Positions 18,978 through 28,345 of a stretch of 64,000 bases of DNA are shown here, piece by piece (the first letter of the stretch is position 1; each line of letters opens with the position of its first letter). The position numbers and the translations under genes are program-made. Below the pieces are notes generated by a model, which saw only the letters and a list, made by a program, of their open reading frames with translations, ran no database searches and was not told the DNA's origin. Source of the stretch: Bdellovibrionales bacterium (GTDB lineage Bacteria > Bdellovibrionota > Bdellovibrionia > Bdellovibrionales > UBA1609); assembly GCA_965200875.1 (NCBI GenBank), contig OZ241456.1, positions 1,767,460 through 1,831,459 of the forward strand, written 5' to 3'.

Positions 18978-21440
18978 TTAACCGGTTTTTTTATTTGTTT
19001 GTATATGCTCAAAAATATATTTTTCGGGCTCCAAAGAGCTTTCCTCCTGATGACGAAACTCCCTCACAATACGATTCAGAGCTTCTCTCTTTATAAAACC
19101 TTTATCGCATAACTCTGAAAAATCCTCTTTGCTTATTCCAGTAACAGTTTTAAAAAACCGAGAGTCTTTTGTTTCAATAACATGATCAATTTTATACTCT
19201 CTGAATTGTGTCATATAAATAAAATCTGCCATACAAATAGCCAACCTTTTGATTTGAGTCATATACCATTTCTTTTTAACTCTTTTTTCTGGATCATTTT
19301 CCTTTTCCACAAAACTTTTGTGTTCTTCTTTTATTTTTTCTTCGTCTGCAATCCTGTTTTTTTCCAATTTCTTCTGTTGAGCTTCATTCCCTATCTGAAT
19401 AAAATCCTCAAGGCTTCCGGCTTGTTGACTTCTATAGCCTTTTACATTTTTTAGTGCTTCAAAAAGATGCGGATGATTTTCCAAAAGCACTAAAGAGGGA
19501 AAAGAGACCAAAGCGTCACTGGTGATTCTTCTAGCCAAGGCGGTTTTAGAACCTTCATTGGAAACAGCTGAAAAAATCTCCCTAGAAGTTACAGAATCAC
19601 CTGTCAGTCTTCCTTCATAAAATTGTTTTATATTCAGAGTTTCGCAAAAATCATCAATAACTTTTTTTAAAGTATCTCGAACTTGAAAACCCGGAAGCTT
19701 ATGACTATTCTCCTGATCCATCTGATCCGCCAAAGCAGACGCATAATCATAAGTGGTTCTTAAAGCGCGGAAAACCGCAAAATCAAAAACATATCCGAAA
19801 GGCTTCAATACTTTATTATGTTCTTTATCGAACCAAGCTGATTGAATCCGAAAGACAGCCTGAAAATAACTTTCCGCAGATCCAATATCATTTAATATTA
19901 AAATAGAATCCCATTCTTTAATGGTAACCCCAGTTAAAAACTTCCGGCAGGTAAGAGTTATTGTGCCCACCTTGTTTATTTTCCCAGAATTTACTTTTTC
20001 AATTTTAGAGGTTATATCTTTTTTATTTTTTGCCAGTACCTCATCAGACAGATCATTATCCGCCAAGTCATCACCTGTAGCCCCTCCTGTAGCATTGATA
20101 ACCTCATATTGAGAAAACACAGGGTGTCGCTTAAGCTTCCTGATAAGCAAAGTGACAGACTTTACTCTGTTCAGCCACCAAACACTATGTCTCTTTTGAG
20201 GTAAATTCAATTTTTCACCCAGTCTCCCATAAACACTTACGGCAGTTGCACCATGTTCTCTTTTTGACAAGCTTTCCAAAAAATGATCAACAGAGGAATC
20301 GTATGCAAACTTTTTTCCTTTAACTTTAAATAACTCATTTAAGGAAAAGTCTTTGTCGTCTGTGATCATAAATTTTTCCGAGTGGTTATTTATGTCTTTA
20401 TCTGTAATCTCTATGGTAAAAAGGTTCAAGTCCGGCATTTGTCTATAGACAAAAGGTTTTATTTCTTGAAGATCATCTGCCATTTCTTTTTGTTTGTTTT
20501 TTTGCTCATCAAGGTAGCTGTAAGTAAACACCTGTTCAGGGCAAAAATCCATAGAATCAATAAGACGAAAAGGAGTGCCGGATAAGTCAATCCGGAATTT
20601 TGGCTTAAGATATTGTAAGATATTGCTCACTCTCTTTGTTTGTCCTCCAAAATGCACTTCATCAAAAACAAGTAAATCCCACTTTGTTTTTAAAATTTTT
20701 TTAAGCCGATCTTTTATATTACCATTTTCATCAATATCCAAATCCTGTAAAGAGACACATAAAACCAAAGGACCGGAATGTAGAGAGAACACGCCTTCTT
20801 CATTAAGGGACAGTTCATTAATATCAGAACCTTGTTTGGCTCTGATTCCTGTCCAACCTTTAAAATCTACATGATCATTGACGGTGCTCATCCATTCGTC
20901 AATCACTCTGGGTTTATAAGTGACAATAATAGTTTTTTTAGCTTTAAGTTTTTTGGCAAGATGAATACTGGTAAAACACTTTCCAAATCTCATTTTGGCG
21001 TTTAAAAGAAAACGATTTTTATGGGTGGCTGAATCCATGATTTGATGAGAATAATCTTTATTAAACCACTTGCAAGCTTTATCGATAGCTGACTTTTGTT
21101 CTTTTCTTAAAATAAAATCATCTTTCCTCTTAACTCCGTGAACCACCTGGTTAAAGGCAATTTCTATGTCCTCCAAAGAGGCATAAAACCATTCTGTTCC
21201 AACTCCCGCTTTTTTGTGTTGTATGCCGTTATCCTGTAACTGCTGGTGAATGTGACGATCTTTTTTTCCTTTGGGTAAATCCTTCACCCACAAAATAATA
21301 GGCACTTCGGGGTTGCTCGCATTAAATTGCTCATTTATACGCTCTCTATGTCTGCCTTTTTGGCAGTATCCCACCTTAAGCAAACCCTCTTTTTTATAAG
21401 TTTTGGTTGTATAAACATAAAGTTCTAATTTCTTAGACAT
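18978..21440 (-). CDS. GIY-YIG/T5orf172-like nuclease fused to SF2 (ResIII-like) helicase; restriction subunit
   Basis: LYVY...LKVGY...RERINEQ...TEWF N-domain; LLNAKMRFGKC Walker A; FDEVH; LSGTPF; YFQAVFRIQS. Confidence 0.85.
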   Translation of the reverse strand: MSKKLELYVYTTKTYKKEGLLKVGYCQKGRHRERINEQFNASNPEVPIILWVKDLPKGKKDRHIHQQLQDNGIQHKKAGVGTEWFYASLEDIEIAFNQVVHGVKRKDDFILRKEQKSAIDKACKWFNKDYSHQIMDSATHKNRFLLNAKMRFGKCFTSIHLAKKLKAKKTIIVTYKPRVIDEWMSTVNDHVDFKGWTGIRAKQGSDINELSLNEEGVFSLHSGPLVLCVSLQDLDIDENGNIKDRLKKILKTKWDLLVFDEVHFGGQTKRVSNILQYLKPKFRIDLSGTPFRLIDSMDFCPEQVFTYSYLDEQKNKQKEMADDLQEIKPFVYRQMPDLNLFTIEITDKDINNHSEKFMITDDKDFSLNELFKVKGKKFAYDSSVDHFLESLSKREHGATAVSVYGRLGEKLNLPQKRHSVWWLNRVKSVTLLIRKLKRHPVFSQYEVINATGGATGDDLADNDLSDEVLAKNKKDITSKIEKVNSGKINKVGTITLTCRKFLTGVTIKEWDSILILNDIGSAESYFQAVFRIQSAWFDKEHNKVLKPFGYVFDFAVFRALRTTYDYASALADQMDQENSHKLPGFQVRDTLKKVIDDFCETLNIKQFYEGRLTGDSVTSREIFSAVSNEGSKTALARRITSDALVSFPSLVLLENHPHLFEALKNVKGYRSQQAGSLEDFIQIGNEAQQKKLEKNRIADEEKIKEEHKSFVEKENDPEKRVKKKWYMTQIKRLAICMADFIYMTQFREYKIDHVIETKDSRFFKTVTGISKEDFSELCDKGFIKREALNRIVREFRHQEESSLEPEKYIFEHIQTNKKTG

Positions 21441-21452
21441 TTTAATTCACCT

Positions 21453-21638
21453 TTAAACCCCGGAGGTATTTCTGATTTTTTTTCCGTCCACAGCCTTGAT
21501 AAAGGCAATGGTATCTTTTCTTAAGTGTTTATTTTGTATCCCTTTTTCAACAAGAGTTATAATTTGTTTTTTAGATTGAGGGCCAAAAGCTTTTTTAAAA
21601 GCTTTTTTAGAAATTTTATTACTAATATGTTTTTTCAT
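21453..21638 (-). CDS. Small basic hypothetical protein (possible partner of the zeta toxin)
   Basis: 61-aa ORF with GAGGG RBS, between zeta toxin and helicase genes. Confidence 0.55.
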   Translation of the reverse strand: MKKHISNKISKKAFKKAFGPQSKKQIITLVEKGIQNKHLRKDTIAFIKAVDGKKIRNTSGV

Positions 21639-21714
21639 TTTTCCCTCTTTTTAACAAAGTGCTTTCTTAAAAATTACAAGCTTAAGTAAACAAAACTCAA
21701 AAAATAAAGGTTTT

Positions 21715-22731
21715 TCAAAGGTTACTATTTATAAGTTTTGGAAGTATTTTTTTTACACAATCCAGTTGCGAAAATATTTTTTTTGCGGTTGTTGGTAAAT
21801 ATGCCAATCTATGATGGACAAAAATTACAAATAAGTCAATTGTTTTATCTGCTATCACAATATTTTCATCTTTAAATTGATCATATAACCGTTCCAAATC
21901 TTTGTTTGGTCCATTATAACCTATCAGCCCTATTAAGTGTGCTTTCTTTTCACTGTCTATTTCGTCTACTTCCAACAAGCCATTATACCATATCCATATT
22001 TTTATGGGAGCCTTACTTTTAAATTGAATATTTAGTAGCTTATTTAAGTTAGGAAACAAATTTTGAAAAGTATCAAACACTTCTTTTTTGGAGACATATC
22101 TTTTGATTTTTTCGTATCTTAACCTGACTCTCCTCCATGCCTCTTGATAGCTCTCCAAAAACACAATATGAATAGACACATTATAATCTTTTCTGAAAGC
22201 TTTTTTTATTTCTTCCACTACATGCAGTGTATTGTCCTTGCCTATTCTGAGATTTTTTTCATAAATAATATTTACTTTTTTCTGTGTAGACTTTTTATAC
22301 AAAATGCCGGCCAGTTTGGCGGATTCTGATTGTACAAACTGAGCTGCTTTTTTTGGATTAAGTTTTTTTAATATTTGATATTCCGGTAACTGTTTTTTCA
22401 GATCATCAAAGTTGATATACAGAAAAGACTCAACCTCCTTCCTTTGGACAACAGTATCTTTAAGAGAGGTTTTTCCGGATCCAATAGAACCTATTATAAA
22501 ATACAATCTTGGCACAGATTGAGTTTTATAGGTGGAGATGTATTTATTAATAATTTCTCTATGCAGTTGTTTTCTCTTTGTCTCAAGTTGACCATTATCT
22601 AGGGTAAAAAATTCCCGGCTTGTGGTTTGACGAGATAGCTTTTTTAAAAACTTAAAATATTGCTCCTGATTTTCAGGGTTTTCCTGTAAATCATAGTATT
22701 TTTTTATCTCAGACATTTTCAGCTCCACCAT
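21715..22731 (-). CDS. Zeta-toxin family P-loop kinase
   Basis: GSIGSGKT Walker A; INFDDLKKQLPEY; VQSESAKLA; AWRRVRLR...RYV. Confidence 0.8.
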   Translation of the reverse strand: MVELKMSEIKKYYDLQENPENQEQYFKFLKKLSRQTTSREFFTLDNGQLETKRKQLHREIINKYISTYKTQSVPRLYFIIGSIGSGKTSLKDTVVQRKEVESFLYINFDDLKKQLPEYQILKKLNPKKAAQFVQSESAKLAGILYKKSTQKKVNIIYEKNLRIGKDNTLHVVEEIKKAFRKDYNVSIHIVFLESYQEAWRRVRLRYEKIKRYVSKKEVFDTFQNLFPNLNKLLNIQFKSKAPIKIWIWYNGLLEVDEIDSEKKAHLIGLIGYNGPNKDLERLYDQFKDENIVIADKTIDLFVIFVHHRLAYLPTTAKKIFSQLDCVKKILPKLINSNL

Positions 22732-22883
22732 AAGTTTCCAGCTCTTAAAAATTTATTATTCCTGCAAAGGACACAAAGTGTCTTATGGAAATCCATGAAC
22801 AATTCTTTTATTATCTTCAAGTCCAGTGGGTTAAAATGTTAAAGCAGAAACATTTGACTATGATAATTATAGTCTAACTTTCC

Positions 22884-23594
22884 TTAATCCAATTCACTTA
22901 ACTGAACCCAGTTGTTTGATCTATCCTGTATAAACCAAAAAGTCCACCCATTCATCTCTTTCTGTGCAATCTCTTTTGCAACAGCTGAGGGAGTGTTGTA
23001 TATTTTGTCTTCATATTGTATTTTTCCTGATGTAAGTAATGTGGCTTTATAAGTTTTTCCTTTATAGGTTTTTATCAAAGGTCTTTCAGTTTCAAAATAA
23101 TTTTTTAAGTCAGGTCTGTTTTTACTTTGTTTCTTTGAAATAGTTTGTTTTTTTGAAACAATTTGTTTTTTTTCTTTTCCACTAAAACCTAACTCCATTA
23201 ATTCTGCTTGATGACTTTCCTTTATAGCTTGTTTGATAAAATCCTTTAATTTTGTTTCTTTCCCTAATTTTGGTTTTACTGTGTTCCCTTTAGGTTGTGC
23301 TATGGAAATAATTACAGCTTCTATATCATTCATATATTGTTCTTTTTTTGTGAAATAGACAGAAAAATGAGTCCAAAGTGCTGAGTGTTTATCTTTTAAA
23401 TGAGCATTAACCCGCCTTGCCAGATCAGATGCAAGACCAACATAGTAAAGCTCTTTTTCATCGTAAAGTGCATATACTCCCGGCTTGTTTCCGATATACT
23501 GAACAATAATTTTTTTGTATTTTTCAAAGATTTTCTTTGATATGCCTTCCAGTTTTTGGGTCAATATCATTGACTGGCTCTTTTTTATTCTCAT
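22884..23594 (-). CDS. GIY-YIG nuclease + C-terminal RAMA domain
   Basis: PGVYAL...YYVGLASDLARRVNAH...IEA...PKGN; C-term YKGKTYKATL...GKI...YNTPSAVA...NGWTFW; GGGAGG RBS before ATG 23594. Confidence 0.8.
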   Translation of the reverse strand: MRIKKSQSMILTQKLEGISKKIFEKYKKIIVQYIGNKPGVYALYDEKELYYVGLASDLARRVNAHLKDKHSALWTHFSVYFTKKEQYMNDIEAVIISIAQPKGNTVKPKLGKETKLKDFIKQAIKESHQAELMELGFSGKEKKQIVSKKQTISKKQSKNRPDLKNYFETERPLIKTYKGKTYKATLLTSGKIQYEDKIYNTPSAVAKEIAQKEMNGWTFWFIQDRSNNWVQLSELD

Positions 23595-23685
23595 AAATAA
23601 CCTCCCTTTAAAGTTAATCACCATAAACACTATTAATTACTATTAAAAAAAATCTTTCTTCACCGGTTAATATTTAAAAGCCCTT

Positions 23686-25143
23686 TCAAGCAGTCCATTT
23701 TTCCACTTGTTCTTTAATGTATTTCTGTTCCTTTAGATTGATATTAAAATACTTAAAAAGCTCTTCATCCGTCCAAGATGTCTTAGTATCCATTAAAGGA
23801 ACCCAAGCAAATGTTTTTCTTTTTGTATGTTGTGTTGATTTTCTTAAACCTAAAAGAAATCTTGCGAAATATGTCCTCAAAAAAAATAAAAAATTTTCTG
23901 CTTTGTCTTTATTTTTAAAACTATGAGCTACACTATAAGTTTCTGTCGAAATTTGCCCTTTTCCTAAAATAAAAAAATGTTCTGGCTTTGGAAGAATTTG
24001 ATCTCTCCTCCCTTTACCACCTCCAGAAGCCTCTGGAAAAGCTACTTGATATTCATTTATTTTGTCTTTGTTTAATGGTATTAAACTTTTTGGAAGTTTG
24101 TTAATTTTTTTGCCCATATTCAAACATTCAATCAGATGATCTGATTTAGAAAATGATATGTTGTTTCTCAAAAAATAATTACCGGGCAGGCCAAAAGGTT
24201 TCCTCGGCCACACCACTTCAGAAACAAATTTTTCACTGTTATTCAATATTTTATCAATTATTGAATACGCTTCTGTATGAGGAACTATAATATCCAATTT
24301 GGATAAATTGATTTTCATTTGATTTTGTTTGCCTTTTATAAGGGTTTCATCTTTATTTTTTCTATCCCAGTATAAAAAACACACTCCCCCTCTAATATCT
24401 ACAGTGGGAAACACGAAAGAGGAATTTTCAAAGTAAATTATTTTTTTAATATGTCTCTCTGTTATCATACGATTACGAAAATTATCCAACCCTTTCCCCC
24501 CAGAAAACCAACGAGCTGGCACAACAAAAGAAAATTGTTCAATATCCAGTGAGTCAATTAAAGCTTCAATCAAAATATTATAAATAGGTTTTGCGCTTTT
24601 TCCATGCCCCTCATCTTCTTCCTGATACGGGGGGTTACCGACTGCGATTATTTTTTTGTTTCCAGTGGTTTCTTTAATGTATTCCAGCATGGCTTTTAGC
24701 TCCTTTTTAAATTTTTCCTTATCCAGCCTTCCATCCACTTCCGACAGATAAGCCCCGTTTTTAATATTTTTGGTAAAATTTTTATTATGAGATTTTTCGT
24801 TTCCATAAAAAGTTCTGAGACTGAGGTTGTAATGCCTTTCATCAGGCGCCAGAGCAAAATATCTATTACTTTCGTATAGCTCCTTAGTGACTTTGTCCAT
24901 AAGGACCAATTTCTTTTTGGATTTGTGTAATACGGACACAAGAGCTGTAGCCAATAAAATTTCCCCAGCTTTGCAAAAAGGATCAAAAAATACATAATCA
25001 TTATTGGTAAAAAGTTTTTCATCAAGACAGTTTATCAGGTCTAAAGCCTTGTCCATTTTCATCACAGGTTGATCACGCCCTGTAACACTTCCTAAAATAT
25101 CCACAACATGGGTGTTTACATTTGCAAATAACTTGGCTGACAT
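23686..25143 (-). CDS. Eco57I-like N6-adenine DNA methyltransferase with target-recognition region
   Basis: FFDPFCKAGE (degenerate motif I), VGNPPYQE (motif IV), VPARWFSGGKGLDNFR, VFPTVDIRGGVC. Confidence 0.85.
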   Translation of the reverse strand: MSAKLFANVNTHVVDILGSVTGRDQPVMKMDKALDLINCLDEKLFTNNDYVFFDPFCKAGEILLATALVSVLHKSKKKLVLMDKVTKELYESNRYFALAPDERHYNLSLRTFYGNEKSHNKNFTKNIKNGAYLSEVDGRLDKEKFKKELKAMLEYIKETTGNKKIIAVGNPPYQEEDEGHGKSAKPIYNILIEALIDSLDIEQFSFVVPARWFSGGKGLDNFRNRMITERHIKKIIYFENSSFVFPTVDIRGGVCFLYWDRKNKDETLIKGKQNQMKINLSKLDIIVPHTEAYSIIDKILNNSEKFVSEVVWPRKPFGLPGNYFLRNNISFSKSDHLIECLNMGKKINKLPKSLIPLNKDKINEYQVAFPEASGGGKGRRDQILPKPEHFFILGKGQISTETYSVAHSFKNKDKAENFLFFLRTYFARFLLGLRKSTQHTKRKTFAWVPLMDTKTSWTDEELFKYFNINLKEQKYIKEQVEKWTA

Positions 25144-25266
25144 AAAATTCCTCGCTTGCAATAAATTAAGCCTTTTTGGTTGAAAATGCCATAAACTGTA
25201 ATATGAAACTTATCGACTGTTTTCAGGCAAAATATAAAAATTTGTGAAAAAAATTGAAAGTACTCA

Positions 25267-26040
25267 CTAAGCTGACTTTAAAAAGCGCAATGAATCTTTG
25301 CTCCACGGATTAGCAAGAGAAATTATATTTGTTTTTTTCTTACGCTTTTTCCATTTATCTTTTAGTTTGTTACTCACTAAAGAGCTAAGAAACTTAAAAT
25401 TCTTCTTGTATTCGAAAGGAATAATATTTTCTGATTGGCAAATTTTAAAATATTCAATCCAGGTTTGTTTAAAATTTATTGGGCGATGCTTGTTTTTCTT
25501 AAACCACTTTCTGCTGACAGCAGTTTTGTTCGCTGATTCTTTGGCCTGAACAGGATCTGTTTCCAGACAGGAAAGAGCTTCGTTTTCCTGTATGTGCCAC
25601 TCAATACAACACAAAAGATGAGTTAAAAATTTTTTGTTTTGTCTGATAAAGGATTCAAAAGAAAAATTATTGTTTCGTAATAGAAAATCAAAAACAATGG
25701 ATCGCACTCTTTCTCGGCAAAATTCTATGTTTTTTAAGTCAATATCTATAGCCCAAAAATTATTCAAAGTGTTGGCTGTGGCGTAAAAATGAGGTTTTTT
25801 AACATTCTCCCTCTCTGCCTTTTTCAAAAAAGCCCTTAACCGTCTTTTCAAAACAGCCTCAACAAAATTACCATGTCCGCAGGTTGGTTCAAAAAATATA
25901 ATATTTTCGTCCTCCCAAACGGAGTTATCCAACATGTCCAGCATTTGATGGACATGTTTTTCTGGAGTAAAAACTTCCCCAAAATCCCGGATTCTTTGTT
26001 TGCTCCTATGATGAGCAACAATATTCTCAGTTGTTCCCAT
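25267..26040 (-). CDS. SAM-binding methyltransferase-like subunit of a restriction-modification system
   Basis: RIRDFGEVFTP (motif X), FEPTCGHGNF (motif I), WAIDIDLKN; no NPPY seen. Confidence 0.8.
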   Translation of the reverse strand: MGTTENIVAHHRSKQRIRDFGEVFTPEKHVHQMLDMLDNSVWEDENIIFFEPTCGHGNFVEAVLKRRLRAFLKKAERENVKKPHFYATANTLNNFWAIDIDLKNIEFCRERVRSIVFDFLLRNNNFSFESFIRQNKKFLTHLLCCIEWHIQENEALSCLETDPVQAKESANKTAVSRKWFKKNKHRPINFKQTWIEYFKICQSENIIPFEYKKNFKFLSSLVSNKLKDKWKKRKKKTNIISLANPWSKDSLRFLKSA

Positions 26041-26142
26041 GATATTAAACTCATCGGCGGTTTTTGGATTTAGATAAATAGCCCTTAAGTATAGAATTGG
26101 ATTTGCTCTAAAAAGAGTGTTGGACTCCTATGGATGACCAAC

Positions 26143-26364
26143 TTGTCAATGATAAAAATTAGAGGTATGGAGATATTTATGAGCAACATGGATTTTTAAA
26201 CTCATATCCGCGTACTGGTTACCGCATTAAGTTTGTACAAAATGATGTTATCCTCCATTCTAAACAGCAGGCACTTTATAGCCTATGTCAGGCCTCGGGG
26301 GCTTCATCACTCATGGCTTAAAAAATATCTCCTCCTCTAATAACTTTTCTCTAATAAAGCTTTA
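26143..26364 (-). ncRNA. Putative bridge/seek RNA region in the IS110 3' non-coding end
   Basis: Long non-coding segment between transposase stop and right IR, containing GCGGTAACCAGTACGCGGATATGAG on the minus strand; position expected for IS1111-type guide RNAs. Confidence 0.55.
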
Positions 26365-27474
26365 TCAGGAAACCTCTCGTAAAGCTTCCCAAATAAAGCT
26401 TAAGTATTCCCTTGCACAAGCTACTTTTATTTTGTTTCTTTGTTTACCGCTCTTATATAAGTGGAAAAACCTTTTTCTCAATCTTCTTATGCACTTATCT
26501 GCAATATCCACCACCTGTTTTAGCTGACCTTCACGGGCGTTCTTAAGTCTGCGACTTATCCTGTAGCTGTAATCTAACTGCTGACAGGCTTCCACAACCG
26601 TTGTTCTGATCTGTTTATTCCCTAATTTACTGATATTGAACTTTCTTTCCTTACCTCCTGAGCTATACTCTCTAACATCAAAGCCCGCATAACTGGACAG
26701 TTTCCTAGGAGTGGCAAATCGTCTTATATCTCCTATCTCTATAATCAAAGTCATAGCAGAGAGAGTATCTATTCCACGGAAACAACAAAGAGTTTCTGCT
26801 TTTCTTTTATACTCAGGGTTCTTAGAAAACTGCACTATCTGTTCATCATATTCCTGAATACTTTGACTGATTTGTTGTTCCTGTTCCAATAACCTACCTA
26901 TATTGCTTTTAACTCTTTCACTTAAAGTTTTTACTTTTTGAAAAAGCCAGTCTGTATGAGAACCTGTCCAATGAGATTTGTTTCCTTTTTCTTCCCGATA
27001 ATTTAAACCCTGTCTTCTACTGAGGGAAAGAATATGTCTTCTGACGCAAGCTCTGTGACGAACTAAAAAGCTTCTGGAACGGATAACATCCCGGACCTCT
27101 TCATCACTCTTGTCTGGTACACATATGGCTGTAAGAAGTTCTTTGGAGAAATAAATGGCCAGATTTTTACTGTCTATGCGATCAGTTTTAACACATTTTC
27201 CTGGGTTTTTTGGGATCAAAGATGGAGCAATGATGCTATTTTGAATGCCTTTACTCATTAAAAAGCGGTGCAGGCTGTATCCGATGTATGTGGCTTCATA
27301 GCAAGTATGGAGTTTAAAGCCCTTTTTTTGGAGAGTTTGCAGTTTTTTCAGCAAACAGGCATTATTGGGTCGGCAGGAAAATTCAAATATTTCCCCTGTT
27401 TTTGAGTAAAAAGCTGTGCCATGAAAGGCTTTATCATCGACATCAAGCCCGACATGGAGTATGTTCTTTTTCAT
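26365..27474 (-). CDS. IS110 family DEDD recombinase/transposase
   Basis: VGLDVD (D), CYEAT (E), KTDRID (DD); GIDTLSA..EIGDIRRF..YAG..SSGG C-domain. Confidence 0.95.
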   Translation of the reverse strand: MKKNILHVGLDVDDKAFHGTAFYSKTGEIFEFSCRPNNACLLKKLQTLQKKGFKLHTCYEATYIGYSLHRFLMSKGIQNSIIAPSLIPKNPGKCVKTDRIDSKNLAIYFSKELLTAICVPDKSDEEVRDVIRSRSFLVRHRACVRRHILSLSRRQGLNYREEKGNKSHWTGSHTDWLFQKVKTLSERVKSNIGRLLEQEQQISQSIQEYDEQIVQFSKNPEYKRKAETLCCFRGIDTLSAMTLIIEIGDIRRFATPRKLSSYAGFDVREYSSGGKERKFNISKLGNKQIRTTVVEACQQLDYSYRISRRLKNAREGQLKQVVDIADKCIRRLRKRFFHLYKSGKQRNKIKVACAREYLSFIWEALREVS

Positions 27475-27688
27475 TGGATGACCTCCTTTATGTTAAAAGT
27501 TTTATTAACCCTCCTTATACCTTATAAGAAGGATAACTTCACATATTAGGGTAACCAGCCCCAGGAAAGGTTGGTCATCCATATCTTCTTATAAAGAAAC
27601 TGGCTCTGACTTTCTTTTCTGACTTCGACACAAAAAAACAAATCGCTGTTGAGGATACACAGTCTGCAAAAGTGCTTTTTTTTTAAGA

Positions 27689-27712
27689 TCTCTTAAGAAA
27701 ACAGATCAAAGT
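27689..27712 (+). repeat. att-like 24-bp direct repeat, left copy
   Basis: TCTCTTAAGAAAACAGATCAAAGT identical to 31022-31045. Confidence 0.9.
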
Positions 27713-27783
27713 ACAGTAAAGACGGCAGGAGTCAAGCTTGGGTCACATAACCCCCGTGTGGCCAAATGATATATGTCTTTGGA

Positions 27784-28101
27784 TTATGTTCCTGTTTCAT
27801 TTTCATCCAACATATCTTTTATTATTGTTCCTATTTGTCTGGTGAAAAATAATCCAGGGGTGAGAGTCCATAATAAAGCCATAAACTTTTCAAAGGTGTT
27901 ACTTTTACTATACCAACCATGTTTGCATTTCCAATGTGTACACGCCTCTGCTACCGCGTTATTCGCAATAGCAAAACCCCCTAGATATATAATAAAACAA
28001 ATAACAATAAAAGCTTTTCGTATTAATGTTTTTGCTATGGAAAAAAGGATATAAAGAGCAATACACCCCGCAAAAAGGCAAAGATATACTAAGAAACCCA
28101 T
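27784..28101 (-). CDS. Small hypothetical membrane protein
   Basis: AGAGAGG RBS; 2-3 hydrophobic segments. Confidence 0.6.
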   Translation of the reverse strand: MGFLVYLCLFAGCIALYILFSIAKTLIRKAFIVICFIIYLGGFAIANNAVAEACTHWKCKHGWYSKSNTFEKFMALLWTLTPGLFFTRQIGTIIKDMLDENETGT

Positions 28102-28117
28102 AATTCACAACCTCTCT

Positions 28118-28321
28118 TTATTCGCTTGTGGGGTGTTGGAATAGTATTGTCTCCCCTTCGTGCACATGCACAGCAAGACTATACCCTTTTTTAGTCATTT
28201 GTAAAAGATTCCATTTATGAACAAGGGGTATTCTTTGGTGAATATCATTAATTGCGTTTAGCTTCTCTATAACTTCCTTTAATTGTTTTTCAATATCCTT
28301 TCTTTTGAGTATTTTTGACAT
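28118..28321 (-). CDS. Small hypothetical protein
   Basis: AGGAGG RBS; co-oriented, tightly packed. Confidence 0.6.
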   Translation of the reverse strand: MSKILKRKDIEKQLKEVIEKLNAINDIHQRIPLVHKWNLLQMTKKGYSLAVHVHEGETILFQHPTSE

Positions 28322-28345
28322 TATCTTCCTCCTTTGTTTGTTGGT

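Larger units (their letters stand above)
26126..27590 (-). mobile_element. IS110-family element, IS1111-like with subterminal inverted repeats (exact ends approximate)
   Basis: Perfect 14-bp IR TATGGATGACCAAC 26129-26142 / GTTGGTCATCCATA 27570-27583 around the transposase; ~220-nt 3' non-coding end. Confidence 0.9.

Noticed and set aside
26050..26149. Hybrid promoter from the IS110 TTGACA driving the RM cluster
   Set aside because: The hexamer 17 bp downstream on the minus strand is AGTCCA, not a -10 box
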